From: a virus
Taxonomy: Duplodnaviria; Caudoviricetes
IMG/VR virus record: IMGVR_UViG_3300037755_000274
Span: 1 to 45,604 of that record
DNA: 45,604 bases
Direction: 5' to 3' (one strand)
Part shown: piece after piece, positions 25,144 to 35,009 of the stretch
Position numbering within the stretch: position 1 is the stretch's first letter
Layout of the letters: each line of letters begins with the position of its first letter
Position numbers and translations under genes: made by a program
The notes under the pieces: model-generated
The model's database searches: none
Seen by the model: only the letters and a program-made list of their open reading frames with translations
Told to the model about the DNA's origin: nothing

Positions 25144-26387
25144 TATCCACCGTATTTCTTCACAAGGTCGTCAACATTGGGAGCAGCTCTCGGTGCGGCT
25201 TGCGCAGGTGCCGTTGGTCGCTGCCCCGTACGCATTTCAAGAGCCTCGACATCCCTACGCTTCTGTTCAATGAATGCCTTGAGAACGGCTTGTTTTTCTT
25301 TCGGCGCTACATTCGGATCACCAAGAGTCGCGCGAAGAGTAGCGCCTTCCCTCTCAGTGAATTGAGCGCCGAACGTATCTCGCAAAAGAGGTAAAATCTG
25401 ATTGTTTACTGTCGACACATACTCAGCACGGGCAACGGCGGCCTCGCGCGGCTCCATACCAAGTTGCCTCTGACTAAAATCAAGTGCCTGGCCTCCAAGA
25501 GTGTAGGTCGCCTTATCTGACAACGCATCCAATTTTCTGACCACATTTTCAAGGCCGGGCATTTTGCTTTTTATACTTTCGAGCGACGCCTTCGCTTCTC
25601 CCACACCTTTGCCGACCTCCTCTTGCTCTTTCTTTCCGGCAATGTCTTTCGGAATGCTACCGATCCGTTGTCTTGTAATTGGATCGAGCAATATCGTCTC
25701 AGTTCCGGCGTCAATCTCGATTGGTTTTTTTGAAATCCTGTAGCCCTCGGGAAACTGCGATACGGTGCCCGTGCCGGACTTTCCGAGTTGCCCAACAGCA
25801 GGGTTACCTTCGGCGTCAACCATCGGAATTGCCTGTAGCCCATACTCGCCGGCGCCGGCGCGCTTGTTGGCGATCCAATCCGCAAGGCCGCCTTTGAAGC
25901 CCTGTCGTTTGGCGTACTCGTATTCTCGGATATCACTGGACGAACCACCTAGCCCGAGTTGTTTCTGCATTATGCTAGAAAGCAGCGCAGGGTTTGACGC
26001 CGCGATGCGCGCCACGTCAGGCGGTACGCCACGGGCCGCAAGCGCCTGTGCCGCCGCAAGCTGATTGCCATACTTCTGATCCTGTCCGCGCACCTTCAAT
26101 GCGAGCTTACCCGCGTTGCCGATCCCCTCGCCCCAATCACTTCCAGACGCCAGCCCCGCCCCAATAGCCAAAAGCATGTTGCCGTTAATGCCGGAAAGTA
26201 AGCCCTGTTGTGACTGCATAGGGGGAGAAGATGAAGATGGGTCAGGAGTAGGCTGAGAAGGAGCGGCGCGCGCCAACATATCCTGGCCGTCAAACCCGCC
26301 GGCCATGGCGAGCGGAGGCGTCGGCATGTCCAACAGCCCACCTCGGTAAGACTGCGGATTGAAATAATAGTCTAGCAGACCGGCCAT
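25143..26387 (-). CDS. DNA ejection / internal virion protein
   Basis: SDIREYEYAKRQG; LRDTFGAQFTEREG. Confidence 0.75.
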   Translation of the reverse strand: MAGLLDYYFNPQSYRGGLLDMPTPPLAMAGGFDGQDMLARAAPSQPTPDPSSSSPPMQSQQGLLSGINGNMLLAIGAGLASGSDWGEGIGNAGKLALKVRGQDQKYGNQLAAAQALAARGVPPDVARIAASNPALLSSIMQKQLGLGGSSSDIREYEYAKRQGFKGGLADWIANKRAGAGEYGLQAIPMVDAEGNPAVGQLGKSGTGTVSQFPEGYRISKKPIEIDAGTETILLDPITRQRIGSIPKDIAGKKEQEEVGKGVGEAKASLESIKSKMPGLENVVRKLDALSDKATYTLGGQALDFSQRQLGMEPREAAVARAEYVSTVNNQILPLLRDTFGAQFTEREGATLRATLGDPNVAPKEKQAVLKAFIEQKRRDVEALEMRTGQRPTAPAQAAPRAAPNVDDLVKKYGG

Positions 26388-27379
26388 CAGTAAAGCCCTC
26401 GTCCGAATAGACCTGTGCCGCCTGGGTTACCGAGGTTCATCGGTGCTCCGAAGCCACCCCAGCCACCAAGACCGCCACCCAGCAGACCGCCAGCCGGGCC
26501 TCCCGCAAGAAGACCTAGCCCCGTCAAGGCCCCGCCGAAAATTTGCTGGAAAGGGTTGCCACCGCTTTGCGTCGTTGTGTTGCTCTGGCTAGACTCAGAA
26601 TCAGTCTCAGTCCGACCGAACGACTGAGCCGCCGGCAGAATGAGATTTTCCGCCATTGCCGCGCGCTGCATCGGAAGGCCCTGCCGCTGCGCCTCGATCT
26701 CAAGCATTCGCTGGAATGGCGCGTCTCTGGCTTGCAACGCCGATGCCGCAGTCCCGACACCGGCCTGCCTGTTGCCAAGCGCGGTCTGGTCGAGATTAGA
26801 AAGCATCCCCGCCGTAGTATTGCCAGCCCCGTACAGGCCGGAAATCGCGCCAAGCTTGCGTCCCTCAAGGTCGTTCTGTGCTTGCAGCCACACCGGCGCG
26901 ACGGCACGCCCCGTGCCTTCCGCAACACTCTTACCGAACGACGCCGTGGACGGATCGTAACCCATGGCGGCGTATTGTGCCTTCACCTTGTTTAGAGCGT
27001 CTCCGCTGAGCTGATCGGTGAATTTAGTAAACGCTTCATTGCTGTAGGGATTGGTGTCTAGCGTTGTATAAGGAAGCAAGCCGCCGCGCAGTTCTTTCAG
27101 GTTATCTTGCACCATGCCGGTGCGATCCGTGCCGCCGGCCAAAAGATCGTTGGCAAGATTACCGATAGCAGGTGCATACGGGTTGCCCTGCATGGCATTA
27201 GCTTCGAGACCGCCCAACGCGCTATTTTCATTCCCGGTCAGTCCGAGCGATTTTGTCATGCCCGTGACTTGATTGAGAATGCTGTCGAGCGCGGGCCGCG
27301 TCTGTTCCCATGGTGACGTTTGGCTCGTCGCGTTTGAATTTGAATTTGAAGTGGTGGTTTGTGTTTTCTTGCCGCCCAT
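26387..27379 (-). CDS. DNA ejection / pilot protein
   Basis: MGGKKTQTTTS start; Gly-rich hydrophobic C-terminus. Confidence 0.7.
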   Translation of the reverse strand: MGGKKTQTTTSNSNSNATSQTSPWEQTRPALDSILNQVTGMTKSLGLTGNENSALGGLEANAMQGNPYAPAIGNLANDLLAGGTDRTGMVQDNLKELRGGLLPYTTLDTNPYSNEAFTKFTDQLSGDALNKVKAQYAAMGYDPSTASFGKSVAEGTGRAVAPVWLQAQNDLEGRKLGAISGLYGAGNTTAGMLSNLDQTALGNRQAGVGTAASALQARDAPFQRMLEIEAQRQGLPMQRAAMAENLILPAAQSFGRTETDSESSQSNTTTQSGGNPFQQIFGGALTGLGLLAGGPAGGLLGGGLGGWGGFGAPMNLGNPGGTGLFGRGLY

Positions 27380-27780
27380 TAGACAAGTTCCTTTTCAAAG
27401 ATGACGGCCAGCGGCTTGTATTCAGGCAACATGCGTTCCCACCCTCTGCGGCCGATTATTCGGCAGCGTTGGCAACCCTCGTCTCTTGCGTATTTTTCAA
27501 GAACTTCCAGGAGCGGAGTGCATCGCGCCTGATCTGTGGCACCCCATGCGATAATCTCGCAAACCCGCTCGCCATATTCCTCTAAAAGTCGAGTCGCCCC
27601 GGCTCCGATCACGTCCTTTTCATCAATGGCCAGCCACAACAGTGCTGCCCCGCTAAGAACATCAAATTCAACATCACGCGCGTCTTGCAGGCCTACGCGA
27701 TCCATCGCTGAATAAACATGGTCCCGAGCCAACTGCCACGCCGCAACGGCGCGGTCTGGCGAAACGCAAATCAGGTTCAC
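27379..27780 (-). CDS. GNAT-fold-like virion assembly protein
   Basis: LEKYARDEGCQRCRIIGRRGWERML; lies between the tail hub and ejection genes. Confidence 0.65.
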   Translation of the reverse strand: MNLICVSPDRAVAAWQLARDHVYSAMDRVGLQDARDVEFDVLSGAALLWLAIDEKDVIGAGATRLLEEYGERVCEIIAWGATDQARCTPLLEVLEKYARDEGCQRCRIIGRRGWERMLPEYKPLAVIFEKELV

Positions 27781-29465
27781 CGCATCCCCGTTTGGGAAAA
27801 TTCCGGCTCAATGCCTGTCGCAAACGTCCACGCCGTTCCAGCCGGAATGCGGATTTTAGCGCGAGCATACCGTGTGTCCCGGCGCATCGGGCAAATACCG
27901 TTGCTGTTAATCGTGCTTTCCGATACTTCGGTAGGCGTCTCGCTTAGGACCGAACGGTGACGAATTGAGCCGCGCGCGTCCGTGGCGTCCGTGATTGGAC
28001 GAATGCCGTTGACGTAAACCCTGCGATTGTTGTCCAGCGCTTGTTCCGCCGTCTCAAGGACGGCTTCAAGATTCGAACCGTCGAACAGTCCAAGCTTGTG
28101 ATCCGTACCGAACGCGGCCAGCGAAGACGAAACCGCCGTTGCTACCGAGTCCAATGAAAATTCGAGTGCATCAACGCTTGCCGACACGCTGTCTAGCCCA
28201 TCGAGCGTTAAACCTGGCTTTACCAGCGCGCCAAGATACTCACCTTCAACATCTAACGGCGTCCAGCGATCCAGAACATCGTCGAAGCAAACCACCTTAT
28301 CGAAGGTGCTGGACGAATGACCATCGGTCTTATAGCCCCAGAATACGCGCGTTCCGTTCGGATCGGCCGCCCCGATGATAAGTTGAAGGTTGCCGACATC
28401 AAGCTCAGACGAAACCGTGCGGTCCACACGCTCCTTGCCGATGGGCGTTAGAGTATACCCGTCAAATTTGTAAAAGCCCTTAGGCGAATAGAAGAAAACT
28501 TTTCCGTTGGCGCGCACGATGCTATATGGACCGAGAAGCCCCAAGTCTTCTGCCAGCACTTCAATTTGAAACGCCAGTGTCGCGTCTGGAACGTAAGTCA
28601 GTTTTCGAATGACTGACTCTTGAAGAACCAGACCAAACTCTCCCCCGGCGACACCGCGCACAACACCGCCGAACGCCATGTCGCTACTGTTTGCTACACC
28701 TGTCGACCATTCCTCTGGATCGTCAAGATCGGACCATTGCACCCTTCGCGGAAACGACACGAGCCCGGTCAGAACAACAATCCCACCGACAACGGTTATG
28801 TAGCGCGCTGTCGGCGGCGACCCGCCAAGGTCTGCAAACGCCGCAGATGTGCCGAGTACATAGGACTGCGGCGCGCTGTTGGCCTGTACCGCAATAACGC
28901 GGTTTCCGTGCTGCGAAAACTGCCATTGGTCGGTCGATGGAACGTCCGAATAACTGTCGGTGAACGAGTGCGTACCGGAACCGGCGCTTGACGTATTAAC
29001 AGCCGACCCGCCAGACGTGGTCGAAACCTGAAAGGTGTCGTCGGCTGCCTCAATTACATAATAGACTGTGCCCGCCGTAAGCCCGGCCGGAAGCGTGCCA
29101 GAAGTCGAAAGAACGATTTGATCGTCATCACTAAGACCATGTGCTACAAGCGTAAACACAGCCGGCGAAGCGTTGCTGATCGAGGTTAGTGCCGTCACCT
29201 TGGACACCGGAACCCAACTCAGTGCCGTGTTGTCTAGACGCCATAGGCGGTCAACTGTGGCTGAGAAAATAACGATAGTGCCATCCGTATTTCTGGCGTC
29301 GAAATAGCCACGGCACGCGCTCGGAAGCGCTTCGGTGAAATCGTTTAGTGCCTTGACTGGTCCGTAGCCATCCCCTCTCGGCACCACGTTTTGCAGCGTG
29401 ACGGTGTGCTGGCCGTTGAAATCGGATACATCGGGACGCCATTCGCCAAACGAGAAGACCGTCAC
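27777..29465 (-). CDS. Tail hub / packaged-DNA stabilisation protein (P22 gp10-like)
   Basis: FGEWRPD start; beta-propeller-like repeats; RVQWSDLDDP; PIGKERVDR. Confidence 0.75.
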   Translation of the reverse strand: MTVFSFGEWRPDVSDFNGQHTVTLQNVVPRGDGYGPVKALNDFTEALPSACRGYFDARNTDGTIVIFSATVDRLWRLDNTALSWVPVSKVTALTSISNASPAVFTLVAHGLSDDDQIVLSTSGTLPAGLTAGTVYYVIEAADDTFQVSTTSGGSAVNTSSAGSGTHSFTDSYSDVPSTDQWQFSQHGNRVIAVQANSAPQSYVLGTSAAFADLGGSPPTARYITVVGGIVVLTGLVSFPRRVQWSDLDDPEEWSTGVANSSDMAFGGVVRGVAGGEFGLVLQESVIRKLTYVPDATLAFQIEVLAEDLGLLGPYSIVRANGKVFFYSPKGFYKFDGYTLTPIGKERVDRTVSSELDVGNLQLIIGAADPNGTRVFWGYKTDGHSSSTFDKVVCFDDVLDRWTPLDVEGEYLGALVKPGLTLDGLDSVSASVDALEFSLDSVATAVSSSLAAFGTDHKLGLFDGSNLEAVLETAEQALDNNRRVYVNGIRPITDATDARGSIRHRSVLSETPTEVSESTINSNGICPMRRDTRYARAKIRIPAGTAWTFATGIEPEFSQTGMR

Positions 29466-30094
29466 GGTGTAGGCCCTCGCAAATAAACACCGGCATTAGC
29501 ATGGTTGGCGCGGAAATCAGAACTATTCATGCCGGACACCAGCGCCTTTAGCATGGTTGATTGTTTCGTCGCTTCTGTGTCGTTTTTTACGAACAAGGCC
29601 GCTTCGAACAGCGCGCCGCGAAGGTATATGTTGGGACACTTAGTCAGCAGCCAGTTCGGATCGTTGTCTGCCAGCGGCGGAATAGTCCGGTAGTGCTGAA
29701 CTTCAATATCGTTCGATGCGAGCGGGAACGTATAGAGGCTAGAACCGATAATGGTGTAGTGATTGGCGAGCCCGGAATTGCGGCCGGGATAGTAATAATC
29801 GGCCATTTCCGGGGTGATGTATTCGAGCGGTCGCCTGATGCTCGCCTCTTCGACAACACGCCTCGGTTCGATGAACGTATCCGGCAGCGTCACGACGCCG
29901 CTTGACGGCGTAAGAGAGCTGGTGGCCTCCATGTCTCGCACGCGCAAAGGCTCAAGATCGTATGGCTCCCTTGCGCCGAAGTTCAGTAGCCCTTCCGCAA
30001 GCGTTATGAAATCACTCAAAAAGCTTGTTAGATCATCACGAGCAAGATGATCAGAAATCGCCGTTTTAAGTTGCGCATTGGTTGTGAATGACAT
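29462..30094 (-). CDS. Head-tail adaptor protein
   Basis: LKTAISDHLARDDL...FITLAE...NWLL...PNIYLRGAL. Confidence 0.75.
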   Translation of the reverse strand: MSFTTNAQLKTAISDHLARDDLTSFLSDFITLAEGLLNFGAREPYDLEPLRVRDMEATSSLTPSSGVVTLPDTFIEPRRVVEEASIRRPLEYITPEMADYYYPGRNSGLANHYTIIGSSLYTFPLASNDIEVQHYRTIPPLADNDPNWLLTKCPNIYLRGALFEAALFVKNDTEATKQSTMLKALVSGMNSSDFRANHANAGVYLRGPTP

Positions 30095-30448
30095 CTAAAC
30101 CCTGCCCCGGAACGTGCGGAACGGCCTGTAGTCCTGATGATTTAGTTGCCACTTGAAAAAATCCTGATCGCCGTCTTTCAACCGCTTGGCAAAATCTCGG
30201 TAAAACGTGTTCAGCGGAATACGGGCTACTACCTGACCATCACCGAACCGCTTGCCGTAGCTCTCGTCGAGCAAGCGGCTGTTGTCTTTCAGCATGGCGG
30301 GCTCGGCAAGGTTTTCCGTCTTTCGGAAGAAAATGCCCTTCTCCCGGTCCACCCAATGGATGTAGTGAACACGCAAGCCGTCCTCAGACGTTCCCTCGTA
30401 TATCCATTGGTCGTCTGGGATACGGGATGGGTCAGCTTGGGAGAGCAT
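30095..30448 (-). CDS. Conserved hypothetical protein (head module)
   Basis: VVARIPL...LNHQDYRPFRT. Confidence 0.7.
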   Translation of the reverse strand: MLSQADPSRIPDDQWIYEGTSEDGLRVHYIHWVDREKGIFFRKTENLAEPAMLKDNSRLLDESYGKRFGDGQVVARIPLNTFYRDFAKRLKDGDQDFFKWQLNHQDYRPFRTFRGRV

Positions 30449-30863
30449 CTTCTCTGGCCGCAAGGTTCTTGTTCAACAGACGCCGTGCCTCCTCAATCGG
30501 GAGCCTGATGACGGTCTCGGCCCATACCTTCGTATTGAACCCGACGCCGGGAAACGGCGCTGGCGACATCTCACCATCGATAAAGGAGGCCTCTTGCACG
30601 ACTGTACGATTGCCGGCGGAATCCTTTTGAACCCTTTCCTTTCGATGATAACCGACCACTTCGAAGTTACCCGCCGGGCGGTAGCTTTTGAGAAGCCGAA
30701 CCGGAAACAACCTTTCCTTGGGTTCTTCCTTTGGTTCCTCGGCTTTATTTTTCTCCATTGTAATGACGCGCTTGATGTACTGGTCTGACCAGTCGGGATT
30801 GACTTCAATACGGAGGTTCTTGGCCTGCTCAAGAAGCTCTGTTCGTTCGGATAGTTCGGTCAT
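30432..30863 (-). CDS. Hypothetical protein
   Basis: Overlap-coupled ORF. Confidence 0.7.
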   Translation of the reverse strand: MTELSERTELLEQAKNLRIEVNPDWSDQYIKRVITMEKNKAEEPKEEPKERLFPVRLLKSYRPAGNFEVVGYHRKERVQKDSAGNRTVVQEASFIDGEMSPAPFPGVGFNTKVWAETVIRLPIEEARRLLNKNLAAREDALPS

Positions 30864-31069
30864 GATGCAGTCCCTTCCTTGGGAGGTTGCGGTGTTAGTT
30901 CGACGCTCTCGGCACCGAGCATTTCCTTGAGTTGGTCGATAGTCACGGATTTTACGCCGATCTCTTCGACCAAGGAGTCAATCAGGGCGACGGCCCCCGT
31001 CGCCTGATGATAGACGGCGAGGGCCTTCTGCTGTTGGGCGACAAGCGCCTCACGACGCTTGCTCAGCAT
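30860..31069 (-). CDS. Hypothetical protein
   Basis: TAATG coupling. Confidence 0.65.
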   Translation of the reverse strand: MLSKRREALVAQQQKALAVYHQATGAVALIDSLVEEIGVKSVTIDQLKEMLGAESVELTPQPPKEGTAS

Positions 31070-31797
31070 TACGAACCACCGAAGTTTGCGCTGGTGTGCA
31101 GGGCGATGAAGTACGTCGTGCCAAGAATCTGGCATTTGAGCGTGTGCGTCATGCCGATCCCGGTCTTGGCATTGGATGCGAAAAGATCACCGGCACCAGC
31201 CGTGACGCCATTGAGATCGAACAGGAAGCCGTTATCGTCCATGGTCCCTGCATCGTCGCCATAGACGTTCATCGAAATGAACGACGTGCGGGTACCGGTC
31301 AGGGCTCCCGTCGCAAGTCCAAGCTCGATTTCGAGAGGGGCGTAACTGCCAGACGCCGTTCCCGCCGACAGGATCATCTCGGCAACGAACGCCGAACCCA
31401 ACCCAGTGACACCGCCTGTCGCGCCAAACTCTATCTGCGCTTTCAGGGCATTCGCCCATGAGCCCAGAATGACGTTGGTATCCAGTTCGAACCGGGCTCG
31501 ACCACCGACGCCACCAGCCCCGGTCATTGTGACGTTGTGAACGAATGGCTCGACGGACGTTCCGCCATCCGTGGACGCGCTGGTTACGCTAAAGTTGGGC
31601 TCCCCGAGCATCTCAAGAAGATTGACGCTATCGGCGTACTTCGCTTCGTAGTCCGCCGAGGCGTCGAACATCAGGAGAATGTCGGACGCGGTAGCTGTGC
31701 CAATGTCGCTCGCCTTGTTGGCGATGGCAAAGGCAAGCTTATTCAGAATGCGGTCGGTCGTTGCGCCGAGTCGGGCGCTATCGGCAGAGAGTGCCAT
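31069..31797 (-). CDS. Virion structural protein (possibly head fibre/decoration)
   Basis: Gly/Ala/Thr-rich; AAGGA RBS. Confidence 0.6.
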   Translation of the reverse strand: MALSADSARLGATTDRILNKLAFAIANKASDIGTATASDILLMFDASADYEAKYADSVNLLEMLGEPNFSVTSASTDGGTSVEPFVHNVTMTGAGGVGGRARFELDTNVILGSWANALKAQIEFGATGGVTGLGSAFVAEMILSAGTASGSYAPLEIELGLATGALTGTRTSFISMNVYGDDAGTMDDNGFLFDLNGVTAGAGDLFASNAKTGIGMTHTLKCQILGTTYFIALHTSANFGGS

Positions 31798-31835
31798 TGT
31801 GATATTCCTTCGGTTCTAGGTCGGGAGCACCAATG

Positions 31836-31862
31836 AAAAAGGGCGGCCCGAAGACCGCCCTT
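31836..31862 (-). terminator. Rho-independent terminator after the capsid genes
   Basis: GGGCGG/CCGCCC stem with a U5 tract on -. Confidence 0.8.
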
Positions 31863-31882
31863 CCGTTGCTTGTGTTGACCTG

Positions 31883-32272
31883 TTAGCCGGCAGAGTCAGG
31901 CGTCACGGTCGCGCCGGCACCGCCAGAGGTCCATGAGTTGAGCTGCCAGTTGTCAGCCTCAACCTTGATGACCTCGAAGTAATGGGTCGCCGGAATGGCG
32001 GCCTCATTGGTGCCGTCCGAATCAACGTCGTTGATCTCGGTCCCGGAGGAGGCGACGGTACGGACTTCACACCCGTTTGCCCCGATCCAGAACTTGCACT
32101 TGGCCCCGAGAGGCACGTCCGCAATAGCCGGAAGCGTGATGATGTTGTCCCCGCTGGCCGACGTGATGACGACAAAGCCACCCGATCCGGTGAAGGCGTG
32201 GGCCGGCACTAGTCCGGTGGTCAGGCCGTCCGAAGTGGCGGTGATGCCGAAGGACTGGAAGATTTCAGCCAT
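31883..32272 (-). CDS. Capsid decoration-like protein
   Basis: Directly after the MCP; beta-rich, ITLP motif. Confidence 0.6.
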   Translation of the reverse strand: MAEIFQSFGITATSDGLTTGLVPAHAFTGSGGFVVITSASGDNIITLPAIADVPLGAKCKFWIGANGCEVRTVASSGTEINDVDSDGTNEAAIPATHYFEVIKVEADNWQLNSWTSGGAGATVTPDSAG

Positions 32273-32284
32273 TGTCGTGTTCCT

Positions 32285-33295
32285 TTACGTGCTGGCCGTC
32301 AGGCCGTAAAGATCGGCCGCAACACCATGGGCAGCCTCGTTGTTGACAAAAAGCGTGTACTCAGTGACGAGCACGCGCTTTTCCGCATCGCCGGTTTTGG
32401 CCGGCTTCACCAACTTGATGTCGTCGAAGACGCCGAGCGTGACCATCTTCGGATCGATCAGGAAGCCGTTACGGGCAACCGACGCGCCGGCACGGGCCAT
32501 TTGACGGTTGGGGACAACCGCGATCAGCCCAAAGTCGGACTGATACATGTCCGCAGCCGCAACGATGGTGGCCTGACTCTTGCCCTTGACCTCCTTGCGC
32601 AGCGGAACGACATCGGCGTCGTCCATGAAGCGCGAGAAAACGGTTTTGACGTAGGGCGAGACCATCAACGTGTTGGGGTTGCCGCCAGCGTTGTAGGTGC
32701 TGAGAATGACGGAATCCAAGATCGCCTTGGTAAAGGCGCGCTGGGTTCCGTTAGTCGCGGCGTCCACAACAGAAGTTGACGAGTTGAACCCGCCCGATGA
32801 GCCGGTAGAGCCAAGATCGTCATTCGTCGCCAGCCATGCCCGGAACGCACCAAGCTTGCGATTGGTGGCACCGTCGCCGGAGCCGGCATTTGACGCCTGA
32901 TTGCCCAGAACAATCGACTCCATGTCGATGCGCAGCTCGACACCCTTCTTGGCGACCTCACGGGCCAGTTCGGACTTGCGCCCGGCCTTTGAGGTCTTTT
33001 CCTGGGTGCGCGAGATGATGATGCGCTTGTCGGAAATCTGGGTGTAGTTCCCGACCCTGGTAGTGGGCGTTATCGCCTCATACGTCCAGTCGTTGCCTTC
33101 CGGCTGGTTGTTGTCCGTATCAGGCGAAGCAAGCGTATCGGTCTGCCACTCAGGATGAGTGGAGGCGACGGATTTACGCCCAATCAGACTAAGGAAGGGC
33201 GTTTCTTCCGGGGTGATCTGGTGGATTTTGTCCGCCAGTTCCTCCCGGTTTCCTACGGCGTCGTAGGTCTCATAGGTGTTCGACACCTGGGGCAT
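32285..33295 (-). CDS. Major capsid protein (DUF5309/SU10-like family)
   Basis: GNREEL...PEETPF...HPEWQTDTL...NYTQI...KTGDAEK...EYTL. Confidence 0.9.
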   Translation of the reverse strand: MPQVSNTYETYDAVGNREELADKIHQITPEETPFLSLIGRKSVASTHPEWQTDTLASPDTDNNQPEGNDWTYEAITPTTRVGNYTQISDKRIIISRTQEKTSKAGRKSELAREVAKKGVELRIDMESIVLGNQASNAGSGDGATNRKLGAFRAWLATNDDLGSTGSSGGFNSSTSVVDAATNGTQRAFTKAILDSVILSTYNAGGNPNTLMVSPYVKTVFSRFMDDADVVPLRKEVKGKSQATIVAAADMYQSDFGLIAVVPNRQMARAGASVARNGFLIDPKMVTLGVFDDIKLVKPAKTGDAEKRVLVTEYTLFVNNEAAHGVAADLYGLTAST

Positions 33296-33307
33296 TTGGT
33301 TTCTCCG

Positions 33308-34348
33308 CTAAAGATCGAGGTCCATGAGCGCGCTAACCCCGGCGTCGAATGTGCCGGTTTTGCGCAGTTGCTCTTGCCTGACCTGCTTGTCGCGGGAGTT
33401 TTTCGCCTTCGGGTCCATGCGCCTCTTGCCGGACAACACCGGCTTGGATTGCATGGTTTCCTTGACTGCCGGTGCCTTCTTGCGCGCCCTACGGTACGCC
33501 GCTAGATCGCGGAATACCTTGTAGTTGCGGTGATCCATGGCATCGTTAAGCTCGGCCTCGGTGAAGCCGTACTCAGCCATCGTATCGACCGCCTCAGACC
33601 AGAACTTTCTATAGACTTCCGGCTTTTTCAATTCCGGCATGGTCTCAAGAAGCTTCTTGGCCTCCTTGGAGCGCAATTCCTTTTGCTGATTTTGCTGCTC
33701 TTGCGCCATACGGGCCTGTTCGGCCTGTGACGCATATTGCAGTTGATTCAGCGCACCTACACGTTTGTCGTAGTCAGCCTTTTGCCCCATGTACCTGATC
33801 GGATCGTAATTGGGTGAGTTCTGGTCCAATAACGATTCGTCCGGCATCTGCGGCGCAAACTGCTGGGCGACTTGAAGGAGAAAGTCCCGCTCTTGCTTCA
33901 AGGCTTGAGCGGTTTGATCCGTCTGAGCGCGGGTCTGTTCGAGGGTTTTTCTTTCCTCGGAAAGCTCCTGCGTCTTACGGGTGTAATCCCGCTGATAGAG
34001 ATTGTTTCGGGCGAGTTCTCCAACGGAGATCACGGTTCCATCGTCAAGCGTGAACTTCGCGTCTTTCGACACAAAGCGCCCGCCGGACGACTCACCAGAG
34101 CCGTCTTCACCTTCACCATCTACTGTTTCGTCTATCTCAGCGTCGGCGTCCTCGGTCCCTTCGCCTTCCTCCGGCTCATCGCCTTCGGTCGTCTCGGTTT
34201 CCTCTGGATCACCCTCTTGGGCCTGATCTTCTTCCTTGGGGTCCGTTACCGGGTCTTTCAGAAGATCGGAGATGGCATCAGCGCCGTCTTGAACAGACAA
34301 CGCCTCGTCGCCACCAGTCGCCTCTTGGGCGAGGTTGGTGTCAGACAT
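33308..34348 (-). CDS. Scaffolding protein
   Basis: Acidic N-terminus, QRDYTRKTQELSEERK, DHR motif; directly upstream of the MCP. Confidence 0.85.
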   Translation of the reverse strand: MSDTNLAQEATGGDEALSVQDGADAISDLLKDPVTDPKEEDQAQEGDPEETETTEGDEPEEGEGTEDADAEIDETVDGEGEDGSGESSGGRFVSKDAKFTLDDGTVISVGELARNNLYQRDYTRKTQELSEERKTLEQTRAQTDQTAQALKQERDFLLQVAQQFAPQMPDESLLDQNSPNYDPIRYMGQKADYDKRVGALNQLQYASQAEQARMAQEQQNQQKELRSKEAKKLLETMPELKKPEVYRKFWSEAVDTMAEYGFTEAELNDAMDHRNYKVFRDLAAYRRARKKAPAVKETMQSKPVLSGKRRMDPKAKNSRDKQVRQEQLRKTGTFDAGVSALMDLDL

Positions 34349-34381
34349 TCAGATTTTCCTTTCGGGAATTAGCCAGCGATC

Positions 34382-34627
34382 CTAAGCGAAGGGGCTGGCT
34401 TCGTCTTGCACGGTCTTTTCCGCTCCCATGATGAAGCGCTCTAGTACCGTGCTGATTTCATCGACCACAGTGACCTTGCTTTGCAGCCGCAGGATCATCG
34501 TCTTGTCGTCGGCATTGGCAGCGGCCAGCGCGTTAAGCGCGTCGGCGCGGATATCCTCCAATGCCTTGAGGAATATTGGATCGTTCTTGAGACGGTCGGC
34601 TTCCTTGGCGAGGTGGTCGGGGTTCAT
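34382..34627 (-). CDS. Small conserved protein between portal and scaffold
   Basis: EADRLKNDPIF. Confidence 0.7.
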   Translation of the reverse strand: MNPDHLAKEADRLKNDPIFLKALEDIRADALNALAAANADDKTMILRLQSKVTVVDEISTVLERFIMGAEKTVQDEASPFA

Positions 34628-34998
34628 TAGTCAATCCAAACGTACAGCACGCCCTTCAAGGCGTTCCCGCCATTGGCAATCGTGGCTTTGATAGGCTCAG
34701 CAACAGCCATCACACCTTCGACAGGCTCGCCGCTGCCGGCATAGAGCGATGCGGTCCCCGTCTCATCGCTGGTGGCATAGCGCGGTAGCTTCTGAAACGC
34801 GCTGGTCCCGATGTCGTCCTGGTTGGCATAGACGAAGCCGGTCTGTACGCCGGCAATATCTAGGTCCGCGCCGGTATCGAGCGGTGACGTGCCGTCAGGG
34901 ACGTAACGATATTGCCGGAAGTCCCCAGCCCTTGGCGTGATAATTTCAGACCATGCCCCGGAGGAATTGGTCACGATATTGAATTGGTAGATCGCCAT
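34627..34998 (-). CDS. Hypothetical beta-rich protein
   Basis: AGGA RBS; TAATG coupling. Confidence 0.65.
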   Translation of the reverse strand: MAIYQFNIVTNSSGAWSEIITPRAGDFRQYRYVPDGTSPLDTGADLDIAGVQTGFVYANQDDIGTSAFQKLPRYATSDETGTASLYAGSGEPVEGVMAVAEPIKATIANGGNALKGVLYVWID

Positions 34999-35009
34999 TT
35001 TCGTTTTCC

